Positions 1 to 11,327 are shown, counted from the first letter of the stretch. The stretch: 64,000 bases of DNA from an uncultured Pelagibacteraceae bacterium (GCA_902592965.1 CACJGL010000004.1:4624-68623); one strand, 5' to 3'. Translations and numbers: made by a program. The notes: a model not told the origin generated them from the letters alone.

Positions 1-438
1 TTCTTAAATTTTATTAACGGAAAAAAAATTATTATTCACAACGCTGAATTTGATATTGGACACTTAAATAATGAATTATCATTAATTAATAAAAAAAAAA
101 TTTCAAAAGATAACGTTATTGATACTCTAGAAATAGCTCGCAATAAATTTCCTGGATCTGGTATAAGTTTAGATGCTTTATGTAAAAGATTTAGAGTAGA
201 TAATTCTAGAAGAAAAAAACATAATGCATTAATTGATTGTGAGCTCTTGTCAAAAGTTTACATTAATTTAATCGATCAGAAAGAACCTATATTTAAATTT
301 CAACAAAACGAAGATAAAAAAATAAATAGTCTTGATTCAATTAAATATTACTCAAAAAAAATTGTTAAAATTTCTGATAAGGAATTTCTAGATCATAAAA
401 ATTTCTTAAAAAAAGATCTTAAGAAAAATTTTTTTTAA
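1..438 (+). CDS. dnaQ: DNA polymerase III epsilon subunit (5' end outside window)
   Basis: Frame 1 is open from base 1: IIHNAEFDIGHL...IDTLEIAR...SLDALCKRF...HNALIDCELL (DEDDh ExoII/ExoIII motifs); dnaQ-secB-fxsA synteny. Confidence 0.92.
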   Translation, partial: FLNFINGKKIIIHNAEFDIGHLNNELSLINKKKISKDNVIDTLEIARNKFPGSGISLDALCKRFRVDNSRRKKHNALIDCELLSKVYINLIDQKEPIFKFQQNEDKKINSLDSIKYYSKKIVKISDKEFLDHKNFLKKDLKKNFF

Positions 439-866
439 TTTAACTTTTGTTGATAAAGTTGTTCAAAATCGACTTTTTTCTCTAATTTTAGCTCTGGAAA
501 TCCTGAGTCCTTAATTAATTGGATTAATATTTTTTCTGCTATTGGATAAATTTCACTTGGAATTTCACACAAAAGTATTTTTTCGAGCTCTTTTTTACTT
601 ATTCCTTTATCTTTAATTTTTACAACAGTTGAATACGAGATCTCAAAATATGATTTTCTTTTATCTTCATTTGGATCTTTATAATTTAATTTAGTTATAA
701 CTTCTATCAATCCATTTTTTAAAGTTTTTGTTGTGATATTTATTCCAAGTGAGTATCTTGTTATTTTTTCTCTAGAATATATAAAAATTTCAGGATTCGG
801 AACTTCAACAGAAAGGTCTTGAATGTATTTTATTACTATTTCATATTTTTTTGTCATCGTTTTCAC
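435..866 (-). CDS. secB: Protein export chaperone SecB
   Basis: KYIQDLSVEVP and C-terminal SGFPELKLEKKVDFEQLY motifs; next to fxsA. Confidence 0.85.
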   Translation of the reverse strand: MKTMTKKYEIVIKYIQDLSVEVPNPEIFIYSREKITRYSLGINITTKTLKNGLIEVITKLNYKDPNEDKRKSYFEISYSTVVKIKDKGISKKELEKILLCEIPSEIYPIAEKILIQLIKDSGFPELKLEKKVDFEQLYQQKLN

Positions 867-1260
867 TTATATCTTCGTACTCACCATCAATATATTTTTT
901 ATTATTAAATTTTTTCTTTGTTCTTATAAATCTGTTTAAGATTAATTTTCTTGTGAAAGGTATTATAAACAATATTCCAACTACATCAGTTGCAAAACCT
1001 GGAAAAATTAGAAGGACAGATGCAAAAGCCAAAGCAGCGCCTGAGATTATTTGGTATATTGGTAACTCATTTTTTAAAATTTGACCAATTCCTGATTTCA
1101 AAGTATTAAAACCCTCATATCTTGCATAAGTTACACCCAATATCGCTGTTGCTAGTATCAACAAAACTGTATTAAATGCGCCAATTTGTGATCCAATTTT
1201 AATAAATAGATATATTTCTAATAATGGAACGCCTATTAATAAAAATAAAACTGTGTTCAT
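841..1260 (-). CDS. fxsA: FxsA family membrane protein
   Basis: PLLEIYLFIKIG, LLIFPGFATD and C-terminal IDGEYE motifs. Confidence 0.9.
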   Translation of the reverse strand: MNTVLFLLIGVPLLEIYLFIKIGSQIGAFNTVLLILATAILGVTYARYEGFNTLKSGIGQILKNELPIYQIISGAALAFASVLLIFPGFATDVVGILFIIPFTRKLILNRFIRTKKKFNNKKYIDGEYEDISENDDKKI

Positions 1261-1318
1261 TTGTCTATAATTTAAATAGCAGGTTGAAATTTTTAAACAT
1301 AGTAAATATTATATATAT

Positions 1319-1907
1319 ATGAGTTATAGTTTTGAATACATTGATATTATTCTACTTGCAATGATAGCAGGTTTCATTTTCCTGAGATTAAGAGGGATAT
1401 TAGGAAAAAAAACTGGATTTGAGGAAGATATCGAATCTAGTTTTGCCCATGAAGCCCCACCTACAAAACCAACAGTTAATTTGAATGCTAGCACATTTGA
1501 CGAAAATGCAAAAAAAAGAATTTGTAAAAGGTGCAAAAATTGCATACGAGACTATCATTACAAATTTTGCAAAAGGAACACTAAAAGATATTAAAACTCT
1601 TTTAGATAAAAGTGTTTACCAGCAATTTGAAGATGCAATTAAAGATAGACAATCTAAAAAACTTTCTTCTGAAACAACATTCATCGGAATTAATTCTGCA
1701 GAAATAAAAAAGCATGAACAAAATAAGAATATGCTAGAAGTAACTGTTGAATTTGTAAGCGAGATAATTTCGTGTGTAAAAGATAAAGATGAAAAAATTA
1801 TATCAGGTGACCCAGAAAAAGTTAAAAAAGTTTTAGATACTTGGAAATTTTCAAAAGATAGTAGATCCTCAAATCCTAACTGGTTATTAATAGATACTCA
1901 AGCTTGA
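1319..1907 (+). CDS. Tim44/TimA family protein, split by a +1 frameshift in A8 at 1510-1517
   Basis: N-terminal IILLAMIAGFIFLRLRGILGKKTGFE and C-terminal DTWKFSKD..SSNPNWLL are in different frames; removing one A joins them. Confidence 0.85.
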
Positions 1908-2317
1908 CAAATAAGCTTTCAGAAAAAGATAAAAAAGATTGGCAAAATTTCTTAAATAGTTCTGAAAAGCTTTATAGTAAAGATGTAGATCAAGTTAACA
2001 ATAGAAAAATTTTAGACAGAACAATTGATCTTCATGGGTATAACTTGGAAGAAGCTAACAGAAAAATTTCAGAGTTTATTGACGACTGTTATTTAAATAA
2101 AGTTAAAAAAATCAATGTGATTACTGGAAAAGGTATGAGATCAAAAAATCTAAATGATCCTTATAAATCTAAAGACTTAAGTATTTTAAAACATTCAGTT
2201 CCAGAACACATAAAAAATAATCCTGAATTAATGAATAAAATTATTAGAATTGATTTTGACTCAATTCATAGTCCCTCAAAAGGAAATTTTGTTATAATTT
2301 TGAAAACTATAAAATAA
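1904..2317 (+). CDS. Smr (small MutS-related) domain protein
   Basis: IDLHGY and VITGKG Smr motifs. Confidence 0.88.
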   Translation: MTNKLSEKDKKDWQNFLNSSEKLYSKDVDQVNNRKILDRTIDLHGYNLEEANRKISEFIDDCYLNKVKKINVITGKGMRSKNLNDPYKSKDLSILKHSVPEHIKNNPELMNKIIRIDFDSIHSPSKGNFVIILKTIK

Positions 2318-3674
2318 ACTTTGAAATATCAGTATCTTTTACTAATTCTCCAATATTATTTTTAATATATTTGCCGTCGACAGTAATTTTTTCTCCAGCT
2401 CTATCAGTTGCTGTGAAACTAATTTCATCTAATACTCTCTCAATTATTGTATGCAATCTTCTTGCTCCAATATTCTCTACTGATGAATTTACTTCACTTG
2501 CTATATGAGCGATTGTGTTAATTCCGTCCTCTGTAAATTCTAAATCTACATTTTCAGTTTTTAAAAGTGCTTTGTACTGTTTAATTAAACTGTTATCAGG
2601 CTCTTTTAATATTCTTATAAAATCCTCACTATTTAGTGCGTCAAGCTCAACCCTTATTGGTAACCTTCCTTGTAATTCTGGCAAAAGATCTGAGGGCTTA
2701 GCTAACTGAAAAGCGCCCGAAGCAATAAATAAAATATGATCAGTTTTCACTGGCCCATATTTTGTACTAACAGTTGTCCCTTCTATTAATGGTAATAAAT
2801 CTCTTTGAACACCTTCTCTTGATACATCACCACCAACTCTATCTGTTCTTGCAGAAATTTTATCTATTTCGTCTAAGAAAACTATCCCATTATTTTCTGT
2901 TGAATCCTTTGCAGATTTTATAATTTTATCTTGTTCAATAAGTTTGTCTGACTCTTCATTTATTAATATTTCATGAGACTCTTTAACTGTCATTTTCTTT
3001 TTTTTTGGCTTTTGACCCATTGATTTGCCAAGCATGTCTGAAATATTAATCATTCCAACATTTGCGCCAGGCATTCCAGGTATTTCAAAGGACGGCATTT
3101 GATTAGATTCACTAACTGCAACTTCAATTTCATTGTCATCTAAATCACCATCTCTTAATCTTTTTCTAAAACTTTCTCTGGTAGCAACACTTGCTTTATT
3201 ACCTACTAATGCATCCAAAACTCTATCTTCTGCAAACTTTTGGGCTTGGGCATGAACTTCTTTTCTTTTTTTTACTTTTTCCATTGCAATTGCTATTTCT
3301 AATAGGTCCCTTACAATTTGCTCTACATCGCGTCCCACATATCCAACTTCTGTAAATCTCGTTGCTTCGACTTTTACAAATGGTGCTTCTGCTAACTTTG
3401 AAAGTCTTCTAGATATTTCAGTTTTTCCAACGCCAGTTGGTCCAATCATTAATATATTCTTTGGAAGAACTTCATCTTTCATATCATCTTCTAACGCTTG
3501 TCTTCTCCATCTATTTCTAAGTGCAATGGCGACAGCTCTTTTAGCTTTATTTTGCCCAACAACAAATCTGTCTAATTCTGAAACAATTTCTCTAGGTGAT
3601 AATGAGTTTGTTATAGCTGTTTTATCCTTTGCAACTTTGCCTTTTGGAAATGATGTAACATTTGATTTTTCCAC
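2307..3674 (-). CDS. hslU: ATP-dependent protease ATPase subunit HslU
   Basis: [32 protein letters not shown]. Confidence 0.98.
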   Translation of the reverse strand: MEKSNVTSFPKGKVAKDKTAITNSLSPREIVSELDRFVVGQNKAKRAVAIALRNRWRRQALEDDMKDEVLPKNILMIGPTGVGKTEISRRLSKLAEAPFVKVEATRFTEVGYVGRDVEQIVRDLLEIAIAMEKVKKRKEVHAQAQKFAEDRVLDALVGNKASVATRESFRKRLRDGDLDDNEIEVAVSESNQMPSFEIPGMPGANVGMINISDMLGKSMGQKPKKKKMTVKESHEILINEESDKLIEQDKIIKSAKDSTENNGIVFLDEIDKISARTDRVGGDVSREGVQRDLLPLIEGTTVSTKYGPVKTDHILFIASGAFQLAKPSDLLPELQGRLPIRVELDALNSEDFIRILKEPDNSLIKQYKALLKTENVDLEFTEDGINTIAHIASEVNSSVENIGARRLHTIIERVLDEISFTATDRAGEKITVDGKYIKNNIGELVKDTDISKFIL

Positions 3675-4189
3675 TATATTTTCTCCACACTCAAATTATC
3701 GTTAGTAAACACACAAATATCAGACGCAACTTTAATTGATTTTTTTGCAACTTCCTCAGCAGAGAAATCGGTGTCCATTAATACCTTAGCAGCTGCTAAA
3801 GCATAATTTCCACCAGAACCTATTCCAATTACATCACCTTCTGGCTCTAGAACGTCACCGGTCCCTGAAATTATAAAACTTTTTTCTTTATCAGCAATTG
3901 CCATCAAGGCCTCTAATCTTCTTAAATATTTATCAGTTCTCCAGTCTTTTGCTAATTCAACGGCAGCTCTAGTTAAATTTCCAGCATGTTTTTCAAGCTT
4001 AGACTCTAACCTTTCAAATAATGTTAGCGCATCCGATGTTGATCCTGCAAATCCTGCGATCACATTTCTTTTCTCAATTTTACGAACTTTGTTAGCAGTT
4101 TTCTTAATTACTGTATTACCCATACTAACCTGACCGTCACTGGCCACAACTACGTCATTATTTTTTCTTACAAGTACAATTGTCGTCAT
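3674..4189 (-). CDS. hslV: ATP-dependent protease subunit HslV
   Basis: N-terminal MTTIV (Thr nucleophile), [17 protein letters not shown]. Confidence 0.98.
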   Translation of the reverse strand: MTTIVLVRKNNDVVVASDGQVSMGNTVIKKTANKVRKIEKRNVIAGFAGSTSDALTLFERLESKLEKHAGNLTRAAVELAKDWRTDKYLRRLEALMAIADKEKSFIISGTGDVLEPEGDVIGIGSGGNYALAAAKVLMDTDFSAEEVAKKSIKVASDICVFTNDNLSVEKI

Positions 4190-4194
4190 GTTCT

Positions 4195-4224
4195 ATAAAT
4201 GGATACTAATTTTAATAGTTCAAG
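4195..4224 (-). promoter_or_regulatory. Putative RpoH-type promoter of hslVU
   Basis: Minus strand CTTGAA-N16-CCATTTA ending about 6 nt before the hslV ATG; hslVU is a heat-shock operon. Confidence 0.55.
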
Positions 4225-4279
4225 CCCAGGCTTAGTAATATTGATATAATCAAAAATACCTATATACCTAATCTAAATT

Positions 4280-4870
4280 ATGAAAAGAAAAGCAAAAATA
4301 GCAAGAAAAACAAAAGAAACCAATATAAGTGTCGATCTTAATATTGACGGCAAAGGTAAGTACAAGGTTGACACAGGAATAGGGTTTTTGGATCATATGC
4401 TTGAGCAGTTATCCAAACACTCATCAATGGATTTAACTGTTAAAGCAAAAGGTGATACACACATAGATCTTCATCACACAACCGAAGATACTGGAATTGC
4501 TATTGGAGAATGTTTAAAGAAAGCGTCAAAAAAATTTGTAGGTATTAAAAGATATGCACATATCTTATTACCAATGGATGAAACATTAACAAGAGTTGCA
4601 ATAGATGTTTCAAATAGACCTTATTTGATTTGGAATGTAAAATTAAAAGTTGAGAAACTTGGTGAAATGGACACAGAATTATTTAAAGAATGGTTCCAAG
4701 CATTTTCACAAGCTGCAGGAATTACTTTACATGTTGAAAATATTTACGGTGATAATAGTCACCACATTATAGAGTCTTGTTACAAAGGCTTAGCTAGAAC
4801 TTTAAGAGCTGCATTAGAATTAGATCCAAGAAATAAAAGTACAATTCCTTCGACAAAAGGCTCTTTATAA
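4280..4870 (+). CDS. hisB: Imidazoleglycerol-phosphate dehydratase
   Basis: [31 protein letters not shown]. Confidence 0.97.
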   Translation: MKRKAKIARKTKETNISVDLNIDGKGKYKVDTGIGFLDHMLEQLSKHSSMDLTVKAKGDTHIDLHHTTEDTGIAIGECLKKASKKFVGIKRYAHILLPMDETLTRVAIDVSNRPYLIWNVKLKVEKLGEMDTELFKEWFQAFSQAAGITLHVENIYGDNSHHIIESCYKGLARTLRAALELDPRNKSTIPSTKGSL

Positions 4871-4875
4871 AATTC

Positions 4876-5502
4876 ATGGACGTCATAATTGTTGACTATA
4901 AATCGGGAAATATTAGCTCTGTAATTAACTCCTTTAAGGAAGTTGCTAAAAATAAAGTTAATATCGAAGTAACTTCAGATTTAAATAAAATTAAATCTAG
5001 CGATAAAGTAGTTCTGCCAGGGCAGGGATCTTTTAAAAGCTGCATTGACGATTTAAATAGTATAAGTGGTTTAATTGATACTTTAAATGAATTTGCATTA
5101 AATAATAAAAAACCACTTTTTGGTATTTGTGTGGGCCTTCAAATGTTTGCAGATGTTGGATATGAGGAGGTTGAAACAAAAGGATTAGGATTGATTTCTG
5201 GCAAAGTATCTAAAATTGATAATCAAAATGGAAAATATAAACTACCCCACATTGGTTGGAACGAAATTAATATTGTAAAAGAAAGTAAAATTTTTAAAGA
5301 TATAGAAAACAATTCTCATATGTATTTTGTGCACAGTTACGAATTTGTTCCAAATGATAATTCAGTCATTGCTGCAATAACAGATTATGCATCAAATATA
5401 GTTTGTGCAGTAGAAAAAGAAAATATATTTGGAACTCAGTTTCATCCTGAAAAAAGTGACAAAACTGGTCTTAAAATTATTGATAATTTTATAAATTTGT
5501 AA
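4876..5502 (+). CDS. hisH: IGP synthase glutamine amidotransferase subunit
   Basis: GICVGLQ, PHIGWN, QFHPEKS. Confidence 0.97.
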   Translation: MDVIIVDYKSGNISSVINSFKEVAKNKVNIEVTSDLNKIKSSDKVVLPGQGSFKSCIDDLNSISGLIDTLNEFALNNKKPLFGICVGLQMFADVGYEEVETKGLGLISGKVSKIDNQNGKYKLPHIGWNEINIVKESKIFKDIENNSHMYFVHSYEFVPNDNSVIAAITDYASNIVCAVEKENIFGTQFHPEKSDKTGLKIIDNFINL

Positions 5503-5503
5503 A

Positions 5504-5635
5504 ATGAAAAATTACTTATTAATAATATTTTTCCTATTATTTGCGTGCCAAAACCCAAATAATTTTAAAAAAAACACAAAAGAAAACTTAAACAATATGA
5601 AAGTGTCCAGCGAAGCTAATGTAAAGTTAAAATGA
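5504..5635 (+). CDS. Small putative lipoprotein (43 aa), not in ORF track
   Basis: MKNYLLIIFFLLFAC-QNPNNFKKNTKENLNNMKVSSEANVKLK*; lipobox-like LFAC; begins 1 nt after the hisH stop and overlaps the hisA start (ATGA). Confidence 0.6.
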   Translation: MKNYLLIIFFLLFACQNPNNFKKNTKENLNNMKVSSEANVKLK

Positions 5636-6351
5636 AAATTTTTCCTGCAATAGATATCAAAGAAAAAAAATGTGTAAGATTAATTAAAGGAGACTTTGAA
5701 AATAAAACAGAATATGAAATGTCACCTGTGGATCAAGCCGAAAGATATAAAGATAATGGATTTAAAAATTTACATATAGTTGATTTGGATGGTGCATTAA
5801 CTGGAGATCCAATTAATATTGATATTATTCAGGATATTGTTGGAAAATTTGATCTTAAGATTGAAATAGGAGGTGGAGTTAGAAATTTTGAGACTATTCA
5901 AAAATATATTGATGCTGGTGTTGAAAAAGTAATTTTGGGAAGTGCTGCCATAAAAGATAGAAGATTTTTAGAAGAAGCTTGTAAAAAATTTTCAAATCAA
6001 ATTGCACTAGGTTTAGATGCAAAAGATGGTCAACTTGCAATTTCAGGCTGGACAGAAGAGTCGGATAAACTGACAACCGAATATCTAAAAAAAGTAAATA
6101 ATTACGGAGTTAGTAGAATTATCTACACAGATATTAATAGAGATGGAACTAAGCTAAGCCCAAATTTTGAAGAAACACAAAAAGTGGCAGATATTTCAAA
6201 TTGTCCAGTAGTTATATCGGGAGGCGTTTCATCAATTACTGATATTAAAAAAGCTAAAAATTTAAATAATATCGAAGGTGTAATAGTCGGAAAAGCTATA
6301 TACGACGGTGATATAAAGTTGGATGAACTCGCAAAAGAAATAAATGCTTAA
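5632..6351 (+). CDS. hisA: ProFAR isomerase HisA
   Basis: IFPAIDI, LHIVDLDGA, YTDINRDGT, GKAIY. Confidence 0.97.
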   Translation: MKIFPAIDIKEKKCVRLIKGDFENKTEYEMSPVDQAERYKDNGFKNLHIVDLDGALTGDPINIDIIQDIVGKFDLKIEIGGGVRNFETIQKYIDAGVEKVILGSAAIKDRRFLEEACKKFSNQIALGLDAKDGQLAISGWTEESDKLTTEYLKKVNNYGVSRIIYTDINRDGTKLSPNFEETQKVADISNCPVVISGGVSSITDIKKAKNLNNIEGVIVGKAIYDGDIKLDELAKEINA

Positions 6352-7097
6352 AAATAGAATTATTCCTTGTTTAGATGTTAAAAAATGGTCGTGTTGTAAA
6401 AGGTATTAACTTTGTTGATCTCAAAGATGCAGGAGATCCTGTAGAACAAGCAAAAATTTATAGCGATGGTGGAGCTGATGAGATTTGTTTTTTAGATATT
6501 ACCGCTTCAAATGAAAATAGAGATACAATTTATGAAGTGGTAGAGAAAACTTCAAAGAAATGTTTCGTACCATTAACGGTTGGGGGTGGTGTTAGAAGTG
6601 TTGATGATATTAACAAGTTACTTAATTGTGGAGCTGATAAAGTATCAATAAATACAGCTGCGGTTCAAAATTCAAAAGTAGTTGAAGATAGCTCTCGAAA
6701 ATTTGGATCACAGTGCATTGTTGTTGCTATTGATGCCAAAAGAAAAGATGATGGATGGGAAATCTTCACTCATGGTGGGAGAAATCCAACTGCCATAAAT
6801 GCATTAGAATTTGCATCTAAAATGGAAAAATGTGGTGCAGGGGAGCTTCTTGTGACCTCTATGGATAAAGATGGAACTCAGTCAGGTTATGATATTGAAT
6901 TGATGCAAAAGATATCATCCATGGTCAATATTCCAGTTATAGCTTCAGGTGGAGTTGGGACTTTAGATCATTTAGTAGATGGAATAAAATCAGGTGCTAG
7001 TGCTGTTTTAGCTGCATCTATATTCCATTATGGGACATATTCAGTAAATGAAGCTAAGCGATATTTGGCTTCAAAAGATATACCTGTTAGGATTTAG
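6344..7097 (+). CDS. hisF: IGP synthase cyclase subunit; +1 frameshift in A6 at 6380-6385
   Basis: ATG at 6344 gives [13 protein letters not shown], continued in another frame by [29 protein letters not shown]. Confidence 0.95.
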
Positions 7098-7098
7098 T

Positions 7099-7371
7099 AT
7101 GTTAAAGATTTTAGAAGATCTCGTTAACCTTGCAAGAGAACGAAAAAGCAATCCTGTTGAGGGCTCATATACCAATAGGCTTTTAGAAGATAAATCTTTA
7201 GCGAAAGAAAAAGTACTAGAAGAAATTAATGAACTTATAGAAGCTGTAGAGCAAGACTCAAATAAAATTCATGAAGCTGCAGATGTTTTATATCACTTAA
7301 TTATGTATCTAGAAAAAAGTGGTATAAAAATTGAAGAAGTGATGGATGAATTAAATAGTAGAAAAAAATAA
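7099..7371 (+). CDS. hisE: Phosphoribosyl-ATP pyrophosphatase
   Basis: GSYT..L, KVLEEINE, IHEAADVLYHL; likely start is ATG 7099. Confidence 0.93.
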   Translation: MLKILEDLVNLARERKSNPVEGSYTNRLLEDKSLAKEKVLEEINELIEAVEQDSNKIHEAADVLYHLIMYLEKSGIKIEEVMDELNSRKK

Positions 7372-7373
7372 TT

Positions 7374-8639
7374 TTATAATTTACCAGGTAACCATGTTGA
7401 GAATATTGGAAATAGTATCATTAGTATTCCATAAATTATTCCAACGATTGTAAACAAAGGAACTTCTTTGAAAGCTTTGGCTGGATTTTCTTTGATCACA
7501 CCTGCGGCTGTATAAATACCTACGCATACGGGGGGTGTGATCATTCCTATTCCGGCAAATGCTACAAATACTACATAAAGATGAAGCAAGCTTTGATTGA
7601 ATGACAATGTGATGGCTGCAAAAATTGGTACTGTTAAATAAAATACAGGAACTATTTCGATAAAGGTTCCAAGTATTAAACAAATTGCTCCAAGCATTAT
7701 CCAGAACAGATTTACGCTCACACCTTTATCTGTGAAGAAAGTAATAATTTTTTGAGGGGCTTGAGTGTAGGTTAAAACTACACTTAAGAATGTTGCAGTT
7801 GCTATAATTGCAAATATTACTGCTGTTATGATTGCAGTTTCCCTTAAACAGCTCATTAAAGATGAAAAAGTTAGCTCTCTATAAATTAAAAATCCAATTA
7901 GCACTGCATAAACTCCTGCAACAGCAGCAGATTCAGATGGGGTAAGTATTCCAGCATAAATTCCACCTAAAATTATCACCGGAGTGATCAGTGCTGGTAA
8001 CGCAGCGATGAAAGAACTTACTCTTTCTTTCAATGATGCCTTCTCATCTGTTCTAATATGCCTGCATTTAAACAAAACTAGAAGGACCATCAAAACAAGC
8101 AGAACTAGGCCTGGAATAACTCCAGCAGCAAAAGTTTTAGAGACTGGAACATTTGTTAGAGCACTAAATAGTATTGCTGCATTGGAAGGAGGTATCAATG
8201 CCTCTAGTAAGGCAGCTGAAGCTGCTAGAACAACCACAAATGGTGTTGGATAACCTTGTTCAATCATCTTTGGCATCATGATTGTCCCAACAGCAGTGAT
8301 TGCTGCAAGTATTGAACCACAAAAAGCTGCAAAGAAACCCATCGCGATAACCATAGCAACACCTAATCCACCTGGCCAATGACCAACTAGAGTTGTTGTA
8401 AACTTAACTAATCTCGATGCGGCACCACCCTTTAGCATTGCCATTCCAGTGAAAATAAATAATGGAACAGCGATTAGGACATGTTTTGTTAATGCACCAA
8501 ATGAAACTTGGATAAGTACTGACCAAGGTAAATTCAATCCTGCAATTGCAGCTAAAGAACTCCCTAAGCCAAAAACTAAAAATATAGGTACAGAAATAAC
8601 TAATGTTATAATAGAAATAATAAAAGCTAGTCCAAACAT
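7374..8639 (-). CDS. TRAP transporter large permease (DctM family)
   Basis: LIAVPLFIFTG, LIPPS, GILTPSESAAVA, GMITPPV. Confidence 0.95.
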   Translation of the reverse strand: MFGLAFIISIITLVISVPIFLVFGLGSSLAAIAGLNLPWSVLIQVSFGALTKHVLIAVPLFIFTGMAMLKGGAASRLVKFTTTLVGHWPGGLGVAMVIAMGFFAAFCGSILAAITAVGTIMMPKMIEQGYPTPFVVVLAASAALLEALIPPSNAAILFSALTNVPVSKTFAAGVIPGLVLLVLMVLLVLFKCRHIRTDEKASLKERVSSFIAALPALITPVIILGGIYAGILTPSESAAVAGVYAVLIGFLIYRELTFSSLMSCLRETAIITAVIFAIIATATFLSVVLTYTQAPQKIITFFTDKGVSVNLFWIMLGAICLILGTFIEIVPVFYLTVPIFAAITLSFNQSLLHLYVVFVAFAGIGMITPPVCVGIYTAAGVIKENPAKAFKEVPLFTIVGIIYGILMILFPIFSTWLPGKL

Positions 8640-9134
8640 TTATTCTTTCCCTAAAAGTTTTTTAAAATTATCTAAAATAAGTTCTAATGAGGTTAACGCT
8701 AAAATTAAAAAACCAACCGGAAATGCTAAAAACATCCACCAGATAGGAATATTAATTTCTAATTCCATCATTTGTCCTAAATTGTAATACATTGTAGTTG
8801 CATCAACTCCTGCTTTAAAGAAGACGCATGCAGAAATTAAAGCTATTAAATTTACAATTGTTCCAATAATATTTTTTGATTTTTCTGATAAATAATGGCT
8901 TAAAAAATCTACTTTAATATGTTGTCCTTGCTTTAATAAAGGACCAAGTAATGGAAATACTAACCAACTCACCATTACGGGTGGTAATTCAATAAACCAA
9001 GCAAATCCTGTACCTGTGATAAATCTTGTTGTGGCGCTTAGTGCTAAAGCTGCCACCATTAAAAAGACAATGAACATTGCGAGCGAAATTGCAGCTTTTG
9101 CTAGCAAATTATTAATAGCTCGCAATGCCCTCAT
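8640..9134 (-). CDS. TRAP transporter small permease (DctQ family)
   Basis: 4 TM segments, W..EL and HIKVDF motifs. Confidence 0.92.
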   Translation of the reverse strand: MRALRAINNLLAKAAISLAMFIVFLMVAALALSATTRFITGTGFAWFIELPPVMVSWLVFPLLGPLLKQGQHIKVDFLSHYLSEKSKNIIGTIVNLIALISACVFFKAGVDATTMYYNLGQMMELEINIPIWWMFLAFPVGFLILALTSLELILDNFKKLLGKE

Positions 9135-9162
9135 AATCTTTATAGAAAAAGTTTAACTTCTT

Positions 9163-10179
9163 CTAATTGCTCTTAGCATATGCTTGTGCTGCCTCTAAAG
9201 CGTCAGCATCAATCATTTTAGCCATTGCTGGCATTACTTCATCTTTCATAAGCTTATCAAACTTAGCTTTTTCAGCTCCTGAAAGCGTAGTAACAACCCC
9301 ACCTCTTTCTTGGAATTTTTTAAGAGTGCTTTCTCCAGTATCCATAATTAAGTCAGTTGATCTTTTTCCTATTTCTTTACCAACATCCATTATGATTTTT
9401 TGTAAGTCTGGAGACAGACTATTAAACCAAGTTGAGTTTGCCATAATATATGCATCAGCATAATATTGATAAGGCTTCTGAGCGTATTTCAAAAATTCCC
9501 ACCAGCTATATGCCTCAATACTTCCTGGAGGACTATTAATTGTATCAATCATTCCAGTCTGTAATGAAGTATAAACTTCACCAGTTGGTAAAGATACCCT
9601 ATTTGCTCCTAAAGCATCCCACATAGGCTCCTCACTTTTTAAAAGTCTTCTAGCTTTTAGACCTTTCATAGCATCTATACCTGTCAATTCCTTAGCACTT
9701 GAAAAAGTCATTACAGGTCCAACTGGGTTATACATTACTAATGTTGAATTAGTTTTTTTTGTCAATTCACCCCAAATTTCTTTTCCTTTTGGTGAGTTTT
9801 GGAAAAAACCTCTTTGTTGTTCCCATGAATTAAATAGCCCTGGAAATGAAGCAACATTAAAGTTTTTATTTATTGGTGGAAAACTTACTACTCCAACAAT
9901 TCCCCCAAGTTCAACTGCACCAGAAGTTACTGCACCCATTACTTCTCTTATTCCAAATAATTGTTTAGATGGATAAACTTCTATTTTTAATTTTCCTTTT
10001 GCTCTTTTATTAACTTCATCTGCAAAAATTTGTGCATGTTTAGCACTATGGTGTTTCGGGCTCCAGTGAACAGATAAACGTCCAACTATCTCTGAAAAAG
10101 CAGCTGTTGAAGTAAGAACAAATGAAAAAATAAACGTTAAGCAAATAATAGCTTTATAAATTGATTTAAATTTATTCAT
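9163..10179 (-). CDS. TRAP transporter substrate-binding protein (DctP family)
   Basis: Signal peptide, IEVYPSKQLF, MKGLKAR, EVYTSLQTGMID; AGAGG SD upstream. Confidence 0.93.
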   Translation of the reverse strand: MNKFKSIYKAIICLTFIFSFVLTSTAAFSEIVGRLSVHWSPKHHSAKHAQIFADEVNKRAKGKLKIEVYPSKQLFGIREVMGAVTSGAVELGGIVGVVSFPPINKNFNVASFPGLFNSWEQQRGFFQNSPKGKEIWGELTKKTNSTLVMYNPVGPVMTFSSAKELTGIDAMKGLKARRLLKSEEPMWDALGANRVSLPTGEVYTSLQTGMIDTINSPPGSIEAYSWWEFLKYAQKPYQYYADAYIMANSTWFNSLSPDLQKIIMDVGKEIGKRSTDLIMDTGESTLKKFQERGGVVTTLSGAEKAKFDKLMKDEVMPAMAKMIDADALEAAQAYAKSN

Positions 10180-10271
10180 TTTTCCTCTCTTTTTTTAAAA
10201 ATTGATCTTATTAGTTGCATATATTTTAACAATGCAAAAATTTAAAAAATTAAATAAAATATATTTATAAT

Positions 10272-10754
10272 ATGAACCAAAAAGGTTTTACACTCATTGA
10301 ACTTTTAGTTGTAGTAGCAATAATTGGTATCTTGGCAGCAGTTGGTGTTGTTGCTTATAGTGGATACACTTCTGGTGCAAAGAAATCTGCAGCAAAGTCT
10401 AATCATAATGCAATTGTTAAATACATTATGAGCGAGTCCATGAAATGTTCATTGGGAGAAACTAAAGCGATGAACGGCGAATTAGATTGTTCAAAACAAA
10501 GTCAAGCTGATTGGAAAGATGTTGTTGCAAAAGCAACCGAAAAGGCATTAGTGGATTTTAAGAACCCTTACGATAGTTCAAAAACTTCTGTGACTCATGG
10601 TGGAGGTGTTTCAAACGATACTGATGTCGGATTTAACAGAATGAGGTCGCCTGGAACCACTATTAAAGTTATGACTTGTATTACAACTCCTTGTACAGGA
10701 ACCATGTGTACTGTTCTAAATCATCTTTGTAGCAAAGATATAACAATTAAATAA
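10272..10754 (+). CDS. Type IV pilin-like protein 1
   Basis: Class III signal KG|FTLIELLVVVAIIGILAAVG; FKNPY motif; Cys-rich C-terminus. Confidence 0.92.
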   Translation: MNQKGFTLIELLVVVAIIGILAAVGVVAYSGYTSGAKKSAAKSNHNAIVKYIMSESMKCSLGETKAMNGELDCSKQSQADWKDVVAKATEKALVDFKNPYDSSKTSVTHGGGVSNDTDVGFNRMRSPGTTIKVMTCITTPCTGTMCTVLNHLCSKDITIK

Positions 10755-11305
10755 TGAAACAAAAAGGTTTCACGTTAATTGAATTACTTGTTGTTGTAGC
10801 AATCATTGGTATTTTAGCTGCCGTTGGTGTAGTTGCTTACAGCGGTTATACAAAAGGTGCTAAATTAAAGACAGCTCAACAAAATTTGAGAACTATTTCT
10901 AAATGGTTAGCAGCTGAGTCAACAAAAGTTTGTTCAGCCTATCAAGGCAACTATAATAATGGCATGTATTTAAATAATGATAGTAGTAATTATAGATATT
11001 TTATAAAATGCTCAGATGATGGTACAGCCTTAGCATATGCAGCAAGCCATTTCTTTCACAATAATGGGGATTTTAAAAACCCTTACAATGGAAATAATGC
11101 AATTGCATCAAAAGCAACAACAAGCTCATTTAATATTACTAGAGGAGGTACCAAGACCCTTTCCAACACTTATGTTCAGAAAGGTGAAATTATGTTTTTC
11201 AATTTAGGAGGAGAAAATAAAACCGCAATATTATCAAACATAGGTGATAATGATGGTAACGATAAAAATGAATGGGTCTTTATTGACTCGCCAGTAAACT
11301 ATTAA
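10754..11305 (+). CDS. Type IV pilin-like protein 2
   Basis: Same N-terminal helix as pilin 1, FKNPY motif, divergent globular domain. Confidence 0.92.
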   Translation: MKQKGFTLIELLVVVAIIGILAAVGVVAYSGYTKGAKLKTAQQNLRTISKWLAAESTKVCSAYQGNYNNGMYLNNDSSNYRYFIKCSDDGTALAYAASHFFHNNGDFKNPYNGNNAIASKATTSSFNITRGGTKTLSNTYVQKGEIMFFNLGGENKTAILSNIGDNDGNDKNEWVFIDSPVNY

Positions 11306-11327
11306 GTATTATTTAAATTATTAATAT

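Noticed and set aside
1319-2317. No mltA between the Tim44 and Smr genes
   Set aside because: Simple gene loss or relocation in a streamlined genome; no remnant visible
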